A stretch of 43,800 nt of DNA from an uncultured Dehalococcoidaceae bacterium. Lineage in GTDB: Bacteria > Chloroflexota > Dehalococcoidia > Dehalococcoidales > CSSed11-197. Shown in pieces: positions 36,117 through 43,800 of the stretch. Position numbers and translations under genes: made by a program. Location: assembly GCA_964398255.1 (NCBI GenBank), contig CAYNLZ010000001.1:1-43800 (forward strand). Reading direction: 5' to 3'. Position 1 is the first letter of the stretch, and each line of letters starts with the position of its first letter. The notes below the pieces were generated by a model. It saw only the letters and a list, made by a program, of their open reading frames with translations. It did not search any database and was not told where the DNA came from.

Positions 36117-36920
36117 TCAATTCGTGCTCATTCCAATTGCTTTTTGGTACGCGGCTATCACTGCTTCGTTTATAATTTCTTCAATATTATTGTTGTTAAA
36201 AGAGGCGATTGCTTCAGCAGTTGTGCCGCCGGGTGAAGTGACCTGGCGCCTTAACTCTGCCAGACTAATCTTTGAGGATAAAGCATATTGTATCGAGCCG
36301 AGTGCTGTTTGAAGCACCAAATCACGCGCCGCTTCCGTATCGAAGCCAAGCTTAATTGCCGAATTCACTAAATATTCCATAAACAAGAAGAAATAAGCCG
36401 GGCCACTGCCGCTGATTGCAGTTGCCATATCAAGATACTTTTCATCATTTACAAATAGGGTATGACCCATTGATGATAATATTTCTTCGGCCTGTTGCTT
36501 TTGTTCAGGGGAAACCAGGTTAGAGGCAGTCCAGACCGTCATGCCTTGTCCGATCTGGGCTGGAGTGTTGGGCATTGCCCGGATGATTTTGTCATGCTTG
36601 AGTTTGTTAGCCAGCCGGTTAATAGGTGTCCCTGCAAGGATTGAAATGACAAGCTGTTCGGGGGTAAACATGTCCGAGATTTCTGGAGAGATATCATCAA
36701 GGTTTTGAGGTTTTATTGCCAGTATTACAGTATCTGCGGAGCTGATTACGGCCAGGTTGTTTGCCACAGTGTTGACGTTAAAGGTGGCACTTAGTTCTGC
36801 AAGAGCTTCTTCGTTTATGTCGCTGACAGTGATGTTTGCCGCTATGGTAACCTCGCCGTCCAGCAGTGCTTTTATTATGGCTTTTGCCATGTTACCTGCG
36901 CCAACTATTGCGAGTTTCAT
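36117..36920 (-). CDS. proC: pyrroline-5-carboxylate reductase
   Basis: 267 aa. IVGAGNMAKAII, RAMPNTPA and VTSPGGTT motifs. ATGA overlap with leuS. Confidence 0.92.
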   Translation of the reverse strand: MKLAIVGAGNMAKAIIKALLDGEVTIAANITVSDINEEALAELSATFNVNTVANNLAVISSADTVILAIKPQNLDDISPEISDMFTPEQLVISILAGTPINRLANKLKHDKIIRAMPNTPAQIGQGMTVWTASNLVSPEQKQQAEEILSSMGHTLFVNDEKYLDMATAISGSGPAYFFLFMEYLVNSAIKLGFDTEAARDLVLQTALGSIQYALSSKISLAELRRQVTSPGGTTAEAIASFNNNNIEEIINEAVIAAYQKAIGMSTN

Positions 36921-39361
36921 TTTATCACCAAATTTACTATCCTGCCGGGGACATAGATGGCGTTAACTATTTTTTTTCCTTCCAGATGTGGAGCTATCTT
37001 TTTCGTTGTCCTTGCCTTTTCCAGCACCTCTTCTTCAGGGGTGCCGACAGCAGCTTTTATTTTGTCTTTCATTTTTCCGTTGATTTGAATAACTATAGTA
37101 ATTTCTTCTTCCCGTGCTTTCTTTTCATCAAATTGTGGCCATGGCTGATTATGGATTGAATAAGGATACCCTTTTATTTGCCAAATCTCCTCGGTAATAT
37201 GAGGGACGGATGGTGCCATCATCAATAAAAGTGTTTTAATAGCTTCGTCCCAGTATTCCCTTGGAACCGAGCAGGTTTCCCTCGCTTTTCCAAGATAATT
37301 AGTAAACTCCATCAAGGCCGAGATCATGGTATTAAAGTGGATAGAATCAATGTCATGAGTAGCCTTGCGTATCGTTTGATGGAGATGCCTTTCGAAATCT
37401 TTAATAACATCGGTGTTGGCTGTTTCGCACGGATGATACTTGTCCAGAGACATATTCCAAACACGGTTAAGCCACCTGCTGATTCCTGATATGCCACTGT
37501 CATTCCATTCTCCTCCCTGTTCCCAGGGAGCTACGAACATCAGATAAGCGCGCACAACATCTGTTCCCAGTGTTGATACGTAATGGTCTGGATTAATCAC
37601 ATTTCCGAGTGACTTGCTCATTTTTTGACGATCTACAATAATCGTGCCCTGGTTAAATAGTTTGGTGAATGGCTCGTCGTATTGAACAAGGCCAATGTCT
37701 CGCAATGCTTTAATGAAAAAGCGGGAGTAAAACAGATGCATCACAGCATGTTCGGCGCCCCCGGTGTATAGGTCCACAGGCATCCAGTATTTCATTTTGT
37801 TTTCGTCAAAGGCACCATCGGTGAAATCAGGACTGGTATACCTGAGGAAATACCATGAAGAACACATAAAAGTGTCCATTGTATCAGTCTCTCGTGTTGC
37901 AGGTTTGTTACATACAGGGCATTGGGTCCCCAGGAAACCTTCGTGATGATTCAGCGGTGATTCTCCACTGCTTGTAAATTCAATATCGGCAGGCAGGACA
38001 ACTGGCAATTCTTCTTCAGGTACTGGGACGATGCCGCAATCCTCGCAATAAACCATAGGGATGGGTGCTCCCCAGTAACGTTGTCGGGATACCAACCAGT
38101 CGCGCAATTTATAACTTACGGTAAATTTACCCCAGCCTTTTGAAGCCAGGTATTCAACAACTTTGTCACGGCCTTCGGTTGATGGAGTTCCATTGAAAAT
38201 ACCCGAATTAATCATCAACCCTTCATCAACGTATGCTTCCGTCAGTTCTTCACCCTGCCAGTCTGGAGGAGTGATGACGGTTTTTACAGGCAAGCCATAT
38301 TTTTTGGCAAACATAAAATCCCGATAGTCATGAGCAGGCACGCCCATTACAATTCCAGTTCCATAGCCCAAAAGAACGTAATCCCCAATCCAGACTGGAA
38401 TGCGTTCGCCATTAACATAATTTGTAACATAGGCACCAGTAAAGACGCCGTCCTTCTCTTTTTCTGTAGAAAGGCGCTCAATTTCCGTGCTTTTTTTAGC
38501 GGCTTCAACGTAAGCAGCTACCGCATCGGCTCTGTCTGGGGTGGTTATTTTCTCTACAAGCGGATGCTCAGGAGCTAACACTATGTAAGTGATCCCGTAT
38601 ACTGTATCAGGGCGAGTAGTAAAGACTTTGATATTTTCTTCTGTTCTTTCCTCCCAGTCAGTCTTGAAGTATATTTCAGCTCCTTCACTTCTTCCCACCC
38701 AGTTTTTTTGCATGGTTTTAATTCTTTCCGGCCAGTCTAATCCTTCGTGTGTCATCAGTTCGTCTGCATAGTTGGTAATCCGGAAAAACCATTGGCTGAG
38801 CGCCCGTCTGGTGACAGGAGTACTGCAACGCCAGCATCCTCCTTCAACCACCTGTTCATTTGCCAGTACGACCTGGCATTTTGGACACCAGTTAACTGGT
38901 GCTTTTGCGCGATAAGCCAAGCCTGCTTCATAGAGTTTGAGGAAGAGCCATTGTGTCCATTTATAATATTCAGGCTGGCAGGTGATTACTTCACGGTCCC
39001 AATCGTACACAGCGCCTATGGTTTTCAACTGTCGGCGCATGTTTTCAACATTTTTCATTGTCCATTCATAAGGATGAATTCCGTGTTTGATAGCCGCATT
39101 TTCTGCTGGCAGGCCGAATGCGTCGAAACCCATTGGGTGAAGCACATTAAAACCTTGCATCCTCTTGAAACGAGCATGGACGTCAGAAGGTGCCATCGCA
39201 TACCAATGGCCGATATGGAGGTCTCCAGATGTGTACGGAAACATCGTCAGTGCGTACCATTCAGGCTTGGAAGGATCTTCAGTAACGTTGTAGAGCTTGT
39301 CATCGGCCCATTTTTTTTGCCACTTAGGCTCTATTTCTTGTGGGTTATAGTCGGGTACCAT
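36917..39361 (-). CDS. leuS: leucine--tRNA ligase
   Basis: 814 aa. HIGH motif (DLHIGHWY), KMSKS (KMSKSLGN), CP1 editing domain. GGAGGG SD. Confidence 0.95.
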   Translation of the reverse strand: MVPDYNPQEIEPKWQKKWADDKLYNVTEDPSKPEWYALTMFPYTSGDLHIGHWYAMAPSDVHARFKRMQGFNVLHPMGFDAFGLPAENAAIKHGIHPYEWTMKNVENMRRQLKTIGAVYDWDREVITCQPEYYKWTQWLFLKLYEAGLAYRAKAPVNWCPKCQVVLANEQVVEGGCWRCSTPVTRRALSQWFFRITNYADELMTHEGLDWPERIKTMQKNWVGRSEGAEIYFKTDWEERTEENIKVFTTRPDTVYGITYIVLAPEHPLVEKITTPDRADAVAAYVEAAKKSTEIERLSTEKEKDGVFTGAYVTNYVNGERIPVWIGDYVLLGYGTGIVMGVPAHDYRDFMFAKKYGLPVKTVITPPDWQGEELTEAYVDEGLMINSGIFNGTPSTEGRDKVVEYLASKGWGKFTVSYKLRDWLVSRQRYWGAPIPMVYCEDCGIVPVPEEELPVVLPADIEFTSSGESPLNHHEGFLGTQCPVCNKPATRETDTMDTFMCSSWYFLRYTSPDFTDGAFDENKMKYWMPVDLYTGGAEHAVMHLFYSRFFIKALRDIGLVQYDEPFTKLFNQGTIIVDRQKMSKSLGNVINPDHYVSTLGTDVVRAYLMFVAPWEQGGEWNDSGISGISRWLNRVWNMSLDKYHPCETANTDVIKDFERHLHQTIRKATHDIDSIHFNTMISALMEFTNYLGKARETCSVPREYWDEAIKTLLLMMAPSVPHITEEIWQIKGYPYSIHNQPWPQFDEKKAREEEITIVIQINGKMKDKIKAAVGTPEEEVLEKARTTKKIAPHLEGKKIVNAIYVPGRIVNLVIK

Positions 39362-39419
39362 CTATCCCTCCGTTAATAAGTTCTTCCTGTTTTGCGTGTA
39401 CGACGTCCGTCGCGCGTTA

Positions 39420-39448
39420 ATTGTAGCAACTGGATTTGACAGGCGCAA
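39420..39448 (-). promoter_or_regulatory. putative leuS-proC promoter
   Basis: Minus strand TTGCGC (39448-39443), 17-nt spacer, TACAAT (39425-39420). Leader of about 50 nt. Confidence 0.4.
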
Positions 39449-39965
39449 CAATTGCTCTAACTTTAGCACTTTCAGGCCCGACAATATCATGGGGCGCGGA
39501 ATCCTTATAAAATAACCTTGGACTTCAGAGCGGTTATCTGGTGCACCGTCGGCATATGCAGGTCAACCTGACTTTAACAGAAGACCTGGCAAGTTATCGC
39601 CGAACACACAACTGGGAAAACAGACTTTTTCCCCTAAAAAGAAAGCGGCAGTATTATCGCAAATTCAATTATCATGGAACTTGCTGATAGTTATTTGGCT
39701 GGAAGCACAACGCTTCGCGCCGTTGCCATTCATAGCATCCCTGTTCTGTCGGCCGCCTTAATCGGCCTGATTTGAATAAGAATTGCAACGAGTCCAGCAG
39801 ATAAAGGGCATGCTGCCAGGTATGGGAAAGCGGAAAATCTGGCTGGTGTAGTAACAGAATATACCGAATTGCCAGATCGTTATTTATGCCTGAACCTTAT
39901 GACTGCCAGGATTAATGTGTAAAACACACGCTCAGGCAAGCCGATAGAGGCAGGTTTTCTCCAGC

Positions 39966-40439
39966 TTAGGTCTTTACCTTTTCTCCATAAATCTGCTTAA
40001 GGGTTTCTACGGAATCTTTGGAGTAGGAATCAATCATAAACTTGTATTTCGAATTGGCAGTTTCATATTGCATTTCAGTTCTTACCTGAAAATCGTCTTC
40101 ATCATGTGAAACTTTCTTTTTTACCTTCAGCTTAACAAGTTGATTGTGAGGCAGGTCAAAATTACTTTCGGTTTGAGCAAGAATTTCGTCCGGTTTCATT
40201 TCCCAGTATCTTTGATGATAGTTTGATGTTGAAGTTAATTGTGCGCCCCACTGGCCGAAGAAACCCTTTCCTTCTTCTTTAGCTTGGGCGCGCGCTTCAT
40301 TAACCGCTTCCTTCATCATTTTTCCGGTGAAATTGGCAAATACTGTTCTCTCGTTGGTGCAAATGATTGTAAATGAGTCCCTTCTACCGAAAGATTTGGG
40401 CCGATAAACCAATGGGATGACAGAAACAATTTCTTCCAT
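39966..40439 (-). CDS. hypothetical protein (no family recognised)
   Basis: 157-aa ORF with GGAGG SD and coding-like composition. Charged, with no TM segment. No motif I can name. Confidence 0.7.
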   Translation of the reverse strand: MEEIVSVIPLVYRPKSFGRRDSFTIICTNERTVFANFTGKMMKEAVNEARAQAKEEGKGFFGQWGAQLTSTSNYHQRYWEMKPDEILAQTESNFDLPHNQLVKLKVKKKVSHDEDDFQVRTEMQYETANSKYKFMIDSYSKDSVETLKQIYGEKVKT

Positions 40440-40613
40440 AGTTGAGAACCTCCATAATTTAATGTGATACCAATTACCGATACCAAGAGGTTTAACCGGG
40501 CTGGTGTTTCACATTATATATGAACTGTTTTGACACAAGCAATATACAATTTGCCTTTTTTATCAAACTCAGTATAAACTGATTGTGGAAATAGCTCTGG
40601 GGGAGGGGTTTAT

Positions 40614-41168
40614 ATGCTGTTCGACCAGTTCCAAACCATAGGCCGAGAGCTTAGTACAAGAAGGCTTGTTACTTCACATTCTGGTAATATGTCCGTTCGT
40701 TTTGGCGAGCGAGTGTACATTACTCGCCGCGGCTCGATGCTTGGCAATCTTACTGAACAAGACCTTATTGAGACTGGCATCAACAAGAATGACCGCAACA
40801 CTCCGCTGGCGTCGTCAGAATTGGCGGTGCACAGGGCCATATACCAGGCTACTAACGCTCAGGCGATTGTGCACGCTCATCCGCCCTATGCAACTGCTCT
40901 TTCTCTAGCTGAAAAAGAAATAGTTCCCAGGGATGAGTGGTACGATGTGATTGGGAAGGTACCAGTTCTTGGTTGGGGGCGGAGCCTCAAACCGGGCGAG
41001 CTGGACGAAATCATTGCACTGGAGCTTAAAGAGCGGAAAGTCGTCATGCTGTATGGCCATGGCAGTTTTGCAATTGGGCCGCTTTTAGAAGAAGCATTCA
41101 GCCTGACTACGGTTTTGGAGGAAGCCTCCAAAGTTCTTTGCCTTCTGAAAAGCATTAATTCGGATTAA
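40614..41168 (+). CDS. class II aldolase/adducin-family protein (short FucA/MtnB-like)
   Basis: 184 aa. SHSGNMSVR, SSELAVHRAIY, metal ligands AIVHAHPPYA and YGHGSF. GGGGGAGGGG SD. Confidence 0.85.
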   Translation: MLFDQFQTIGRELSTRRLVTSHSGNMSVRFGERVYITRRGSMLGNLTEQDLIETGINKNDRNTPLASSELAVHRAIYQATNAQAIVHAHPPYATALSLAEKEIVPRDEWYDVIGKVPVLGWGRSLKPGELDEIIALELKERKVVMLYGHGSFAIGPLLEEAFSLTTVLEEASKVLCLLKSINSD

Positions 41169-41237
41169 GAACCTGCCGGTATCCGGTTGTTAGTGTCCTA
41201 ACCCAACTTTTCGTTAGTCTAAAACCAATTTTTGCAA

Positions 41238-42149
41238 TTAATAAACCGGGGTACACCAATGCATGTAGCTCTTGTGCTTTCCCCTGATTACATCAAAATA
41301 AAGATTTTTTAACTGTTCGGTTAATGGCCCGACATTAGCTGAACCGATTTCGTAATTATCTATTTTTGACACCGGTGTCAGATGTGCCGCCGTGCCAGTT
41401 AAAAAGCACTCTTCAGCATTATATAACTCAATACGGTCTATAGTGCGCTCAATCGTTTCAACACCAAGTTCTTCGCGGGCAAGAGTTATGATTGAATCTC
41501 TGGTAATTCCAGGGAGGACGTTTTCATAGATGGGAGGCGTTACCAGCTTTCCATCTATAACAATAAATATGTTTTCTCCACTACCTTCTGCTACGTGTCC
41601 GCCAGGAGTAAGCATTATTGCTTCGTCGAAGCCGTTTTCAATGGCCTGGGTTTTTGCAAATGCGTTATTGATATATGCCCCTGCAAGTTTGACTGAAGGG
41701 GGCAATGCATTATCTGCTGAGCGCTGCCAGGAGGATACGCCCAGGTGGGCACTTTCGACATCAAGGTACGCTCCCCACGGTATAATTATTATAAGAAGTT
41801 CGTCTTCCAGGTTGTGCAAGCGAACACCCAATGCCTGTGTGCTTTTATATGCCAGCGGTCTTATATATATATCTTCTTTAAACTGACATTTTCTTGCCAG
41901 CTCAATAGTTATATTACATAACTCTTCAGGAAGATAATCGGGTTTCATTTTGAGTATCCTGGCACCGCTCAACAGGCGCTTGTAATGCTCTTCCAGCCTG
42001 AATAAGTATATCTGTCCTGCCTCTTCGTTCCAGTTGCCGCGTATGCCTTCAAATACAGCGGTTCCGTAATGAAGGGCGTGGGTCATTACCCCGATTTTGG
42101 CTTCCTCTAGCGGGACAGTATTCCCTTGGAAAAAAACGTAAGATGGCAT
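41238..42149 (-). CDS. ilvE: branched-chain amino acid aminotransferase
   Basis: MTHALHYGTAVFEGIR, IRP, KLAGAYINN and EGSGENIF motifs. ATG 42149 has AGGAG upstream. The ORF-track start at 42203 lies upstream of that SD. Confidence 0.92.
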   Translation of the reverse strand: MPSYVFFQGNTVPLEEAKIGVMTHALHYGTAVFEGIRGNWNEEAGQIYLFRLEEHYKRLLSGARILKMKPDYLPEELCNITIELARKCQFKEDIYIRPLAYKSTQALGVRLHNLEDELLIIIIPWGAYLDVESAHLGVSSWQRSADNALPPSVKLAGAYINNAFAKTQAIENGFDEAIMLTPGGHVAEGSGENIFIVIDGKLVTPPIYENVLPGITRDSIITLAREELGVETIERTIDRIELYNAEECFLTGTAAHLTPVSKIDNYEIGSANVGPLTEQLKNLYFDVIRGKHKSYMHWCTPVY

Positions 42150-42215
42150 TGTGTCACTCCTTTCTTGAAGTTGGATTATACATTCATAGCAGGAATTGAG
42201 CAAGGCGAAAACTGG

Positions 42216-43421
42216 TTATTCGGTGGTTTGGCCACCCCCAAGTTCCTTGCCGCAATTGCTGCAAAATTTACTTGCCACTGGGGATTGTATCTGACAACCA
42301 GGGCAAGAGATAGAGTCGTGATTAATTGTTTCTTTATTGTCAAAGTGCATTTTAACATGCGGAATAGCGAGATCAATGCCTTCGGCATTAAGGGCTTTTT
42401 TTACCCTTCGCCGGAGCTCTCCGGTTATTGCCCATTGTTCATTTGGCTTGACGTCACCTAACATTCTTACATCAATAGAATACTTGTTGAAGCTCTGAAC
42501 CCTGAGCACTTGAGGAGGGGTGTGAATTCTGGGAGAATAATCTTTATCCTCTGCCAGTTCTTTACCCACCCTGTTTAATACATCGATAACCAGGTCCAGG
42601 TCGGAGTAATAAGGTACTGGTACATCAAGCTTGACCCTTGCCCAATCCCTGGTGTAGTTACAAGCAACGGTTATCTCCCCGTTCGGAATTGAGTATACGA
42701 TACCGTCCAGGTCTCTAAGCACGGTGCGTCTGAGGTTAATTTCCTCAACTTTACCCATGCGCCCTGCTATCTCGACCACATCGCCCTTATTATAATGATC
42801 TTCAAGAAAGATAAACATGCCGCTTAGAAAATCCTTGATCAAACTTTGAGCACCAAGGCCCACAGCGATGCCAGCTACTCCTGCACTGGCGAGGAAAGGA
42901 GTTATATTAATATTCAATTTGTCCAATAGCAAGAATACAACGATTATGATAATAATCACGCCGGTGGTAGTTGTGAGGATGTTGCTGAGTGTTTGTGCGC
43001 GATTCTGGTACCAAAATTTGGAATGCCGGCCTTTGCCCTTCATTTGCAGATATCGCTCAACCAGATTTGGAATTGCCAATGCAAAAATGCGGTATATCAG
43101 AAATGAAAGTACAATAATAAGGAGTATAGGCATCCCGTGTTCAAGCAACCATAATTGAATACTTTCCGATGTAATGATTGCGCTGGCGCCCTCTTCGGAT
43201 GCCAAAATAGCGGCAATCGCAGTAGCAATTACCGTAAGTAGCAAAGCGCATAGCGACCAAAATACGACGGGCAGAATTTTTTCAAGGCGCTGGGTGGTTT
43301 TTTGGCTCCTGCTACCTATCAAGCGCGTCCGCATGAAGTTGCGGCCAACAAGGACCAGCGATAACATTAGTGACGCGACACTGAGAATCCATATTCCATT
43401 GTGCATGAACCAATTCCACAT
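42216..43421 (-). CDS. MscS-family mechanosensitive channel with C-terminal zinc ribbon
   Basis: MscS core (LASAGVAGIAVGLGAQSLIKDFLSGMFIFLEDHYNKGDVVEI...VEEINLRRTVLRDLDG). C-terminus CPGCQIQSPVASKFCSNCG. ATG 43421 has GAGG 8 nt upstream and an extended -10 (TGgTATACT) further upstream. The ORF is open to 43592. Confidence 0.85.
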   Translation of the reverse strand: MWNWFMHNGIWILSVASLMLSLVLVGRNFMRTRLIGSRSQKTTQRLEKILPVVFWSLCALLLTVIATAIAAILASEEGASAIITSESIQLWLLEHGMPILLIIVLSFLIYRIFALAIPNLVERYLQMKGKGRHSKFWYQNRAQTLSNILTTTTGVIIIIIVVFLLLDKLNINITPFLASAGVAGIAVGLGAQSLIKDFLSGMFIFLEDHYNKGDVVEIAGRMGKVEEINLRRTVLRDLDGIVYSIPNGEITVACNYTRDWARVKLDVPVPYYSDLDLVIDVLNRVGKELAEDKDYSPRIHTPPQVLRVQSFNKYSIDVRMLGDVKPNEQWAITGELRRRVKKALNAEGIDLAIPHVKMHFDNKETINHDSISCPGCQIQSPVASKFCSNCGKELGGGQTTE

Positions 43422-43575
43422 AATCCGGGCCTCAGTAAAGAAACATTGTAAAAAGTATACCATAAAGAACCTCTGAGCAGGGAAAGAATTTATGAGATAA
43501 AAATTCAGGCTTTTGGGAGGTTTGCGGGGATATTTCGCACCCGGTATACGAATAAAAACCGTATTTTTTTTGAAG

Positions 43576-43605
43576 TTGACATCTGCCGTCACCGTGTGAT
43601 ATTAT
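43576..43605 (+). promoter_or_regulatory. strong orphan promoter on the + strand
   Basis: TTGACA (43576-43581), 18-nt spacer, extended -10 TGaTATTAT (-10 at 43600-43605). Confidence 0.5.
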
Positions 43606-43611
43606 TTTCTT

Positions 43612-43723
43612 TGCTCTCGTGACGAGAGAAGTGAGGAAAGATGTCAGGAGCAGGAACATAGTATAGGATTAGCGGCATTAAGCCAGGTAACGTCCTGGTG
43701 GCAGGCTGCCAGGGCGTTTTATT
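43612..43723 (+). ncRNA. candidate ~110-nt small RNA or cis-regulatory leader (unclassified)
   Basis: Bounded by the promoter above and an intrinsic terminator. 5' hairpin 43614-43628. Four AGGA motifs at 43634-43668. No ORF longer than 6 codons. Confidence 0.35.
43691..43723 (+). terminator. intrinsic terminator (+ strand orientation)
   Basis: 9-bp stem CGTCCTGGT (43691-43699) / GCCAGGGCG (43708-43716), 7 Watson-Crick and 2 G-T pairs, 8-nt loop, followed directly by TTTTATT (43717-43723). Confidence 0.6.
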
Positions 43724-43800
43724 ATGTTCTGGCACATTAACAACTGAATATAAGTTTTTTTGTCCAAAGGCTAATACCAGGCCTGAAACAGGTCAAGCGG

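Noticed and set aside
38747-39376. A 209-aa + strand ORF antisense to the 5' part of leuS.
   Set aside because: This is a shadow ORF of leuS with no SD and no recognisable motif.
39556-39687. A 43-aa + strand ORF starting MQVNLTLTEDLASY, reminiscent of a ribbon-helix-helix antitoxin N-terminus.
   Set aside because: There is no SD and the remainder (RRTHNWENRLFPLKRKRQYY...) is not RHH-like. No adjacent toxin ORF is present. At most it is a decayed remnant.
39362-39965. T-box leader, RNase P, tmRNA, SRP or 6S RNA in the large spacer upstream of leuS.
   Set aside because: There is no GGUGGUACCGCG-type T-box sequence; the closest is GGTGCACCAG. There is no tRNA-like GGTTCGA arm for tmRNA. There is no GGAA-tetraloop / AGCA SRP domain IV motif. 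The ACAGAA and GAAGTCC-like strings occur in the wrong order and on the wrong strands for RNase P. Nothing can be supported by eye.
43422-43592. The N-terminal 57-aa extension of the MscS ORF (MTADVNFKK...).
   Set aside because: ATG 43421 has both an SD and an upstream extended -10. The extension contains a strong + strand promoter and has non-membrane, atypical composition.
43630-43716. Resemblance to bacterial RNase P RNA. A hairpin is followed by GAGGAAAG (CR-I-like), and GCCAGGTAACGTCCTGG is almost identical to the E. coli GCCAGGUAACGCCUGG hairpin.
   Set aside because: The invariant GAGGAAAGUCC is broken (GAGGAAAGAUGUC). The spacing to the hairpin is about twice the normal distance. The element is followed immediately by an intrinsic terminator and an AT-rich unstructured stretch, not by P9-P12. 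I treat it as an unclassified short RNA; a cmscan would settle the question.
1-43800. CRISPR arrays, IS elements, prophage genes, and toxin-antitoxin or restriction/defence modules.
   Set aside because: There are no regularly spaced repeats, no transposase or integrase-like ORFs, and no intact toxin-antitoxin pair. The window is core-genome-like throughout.

Overview
Dense, mostly housekeeping bacterial chromosome segment. I call 47 protein genes and one tRNA-Arg(CCT). I see no rRNA, CRISPR array, transposase, integrase or prophage signature. Coding DNA is roughly 45-50% GC and most spacers are AT-rich. Most genes have strong GGAGG-type Shine-Dalgarno (SD) sites. At least six genes appear to start at TTG, and three or four look leaderless. 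I cannot assign a taxon. The remA-gmk pair, a lone clpC, tandem tatA genes and leaderless promoters suggest a Chloroflexota- or Firmicutes-like lineage, but that is only an impression.

Gene content, left to right:
- tRNA-Arg.
- A long minus-strand array: bifunctional nuclease, Fe-S protein, biotin carboxylase, DUF1622, cutA, nadA, fdhD-like, tatC, tatB-like, tatA, tatA.
- folP-folK-queD(PTPS), convergent with tgt and a UbiA/heme-O-synthase-like gene.
- ruvX, alaS, trkH, trkA, ychF-like, remA, gmk.
- PiT transporter, DUF47, PAP2 phosphatase and a small membrane protein.
- holA, pyrF, DUF2807, folC, a SWIM protein, clpC.
- cbiH/cobJ, xdhC-family, yqeC-family, rsmD, coaD, ferredoxin, cvpA, proC, leuS.
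- A hypothetical protein, a class II aldolase, ilvE, and an MscS channel with a zinc ribbon.

I found no clear multi-gene novel system such as a defence island. The observations most worth follow-up are:
1. An orphan promoter-to-terminator unit at 43576-43723 that would make a ~110-nt GGA-rich RNA.
2. A ~520-bp ORF-free spacer with coding-like GC upstream of leuS, plus a Leu-rich uORF that ends exactly at the leuS start codon.
3. A YchF homolog with degenerate NTPase motifs.
4. An FdhD homolog without the catalytic Cys pair.
5. A folP-folK-PTPS cluster whose PTPS carries both Cys and Glu (CENLHGH) and has no folB.
6. A gmk whose P-loop strand is encoded upstream of any canonical start codon.

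All functional calls rest on motif recognition by eye from the supplied translations. No database search was run.
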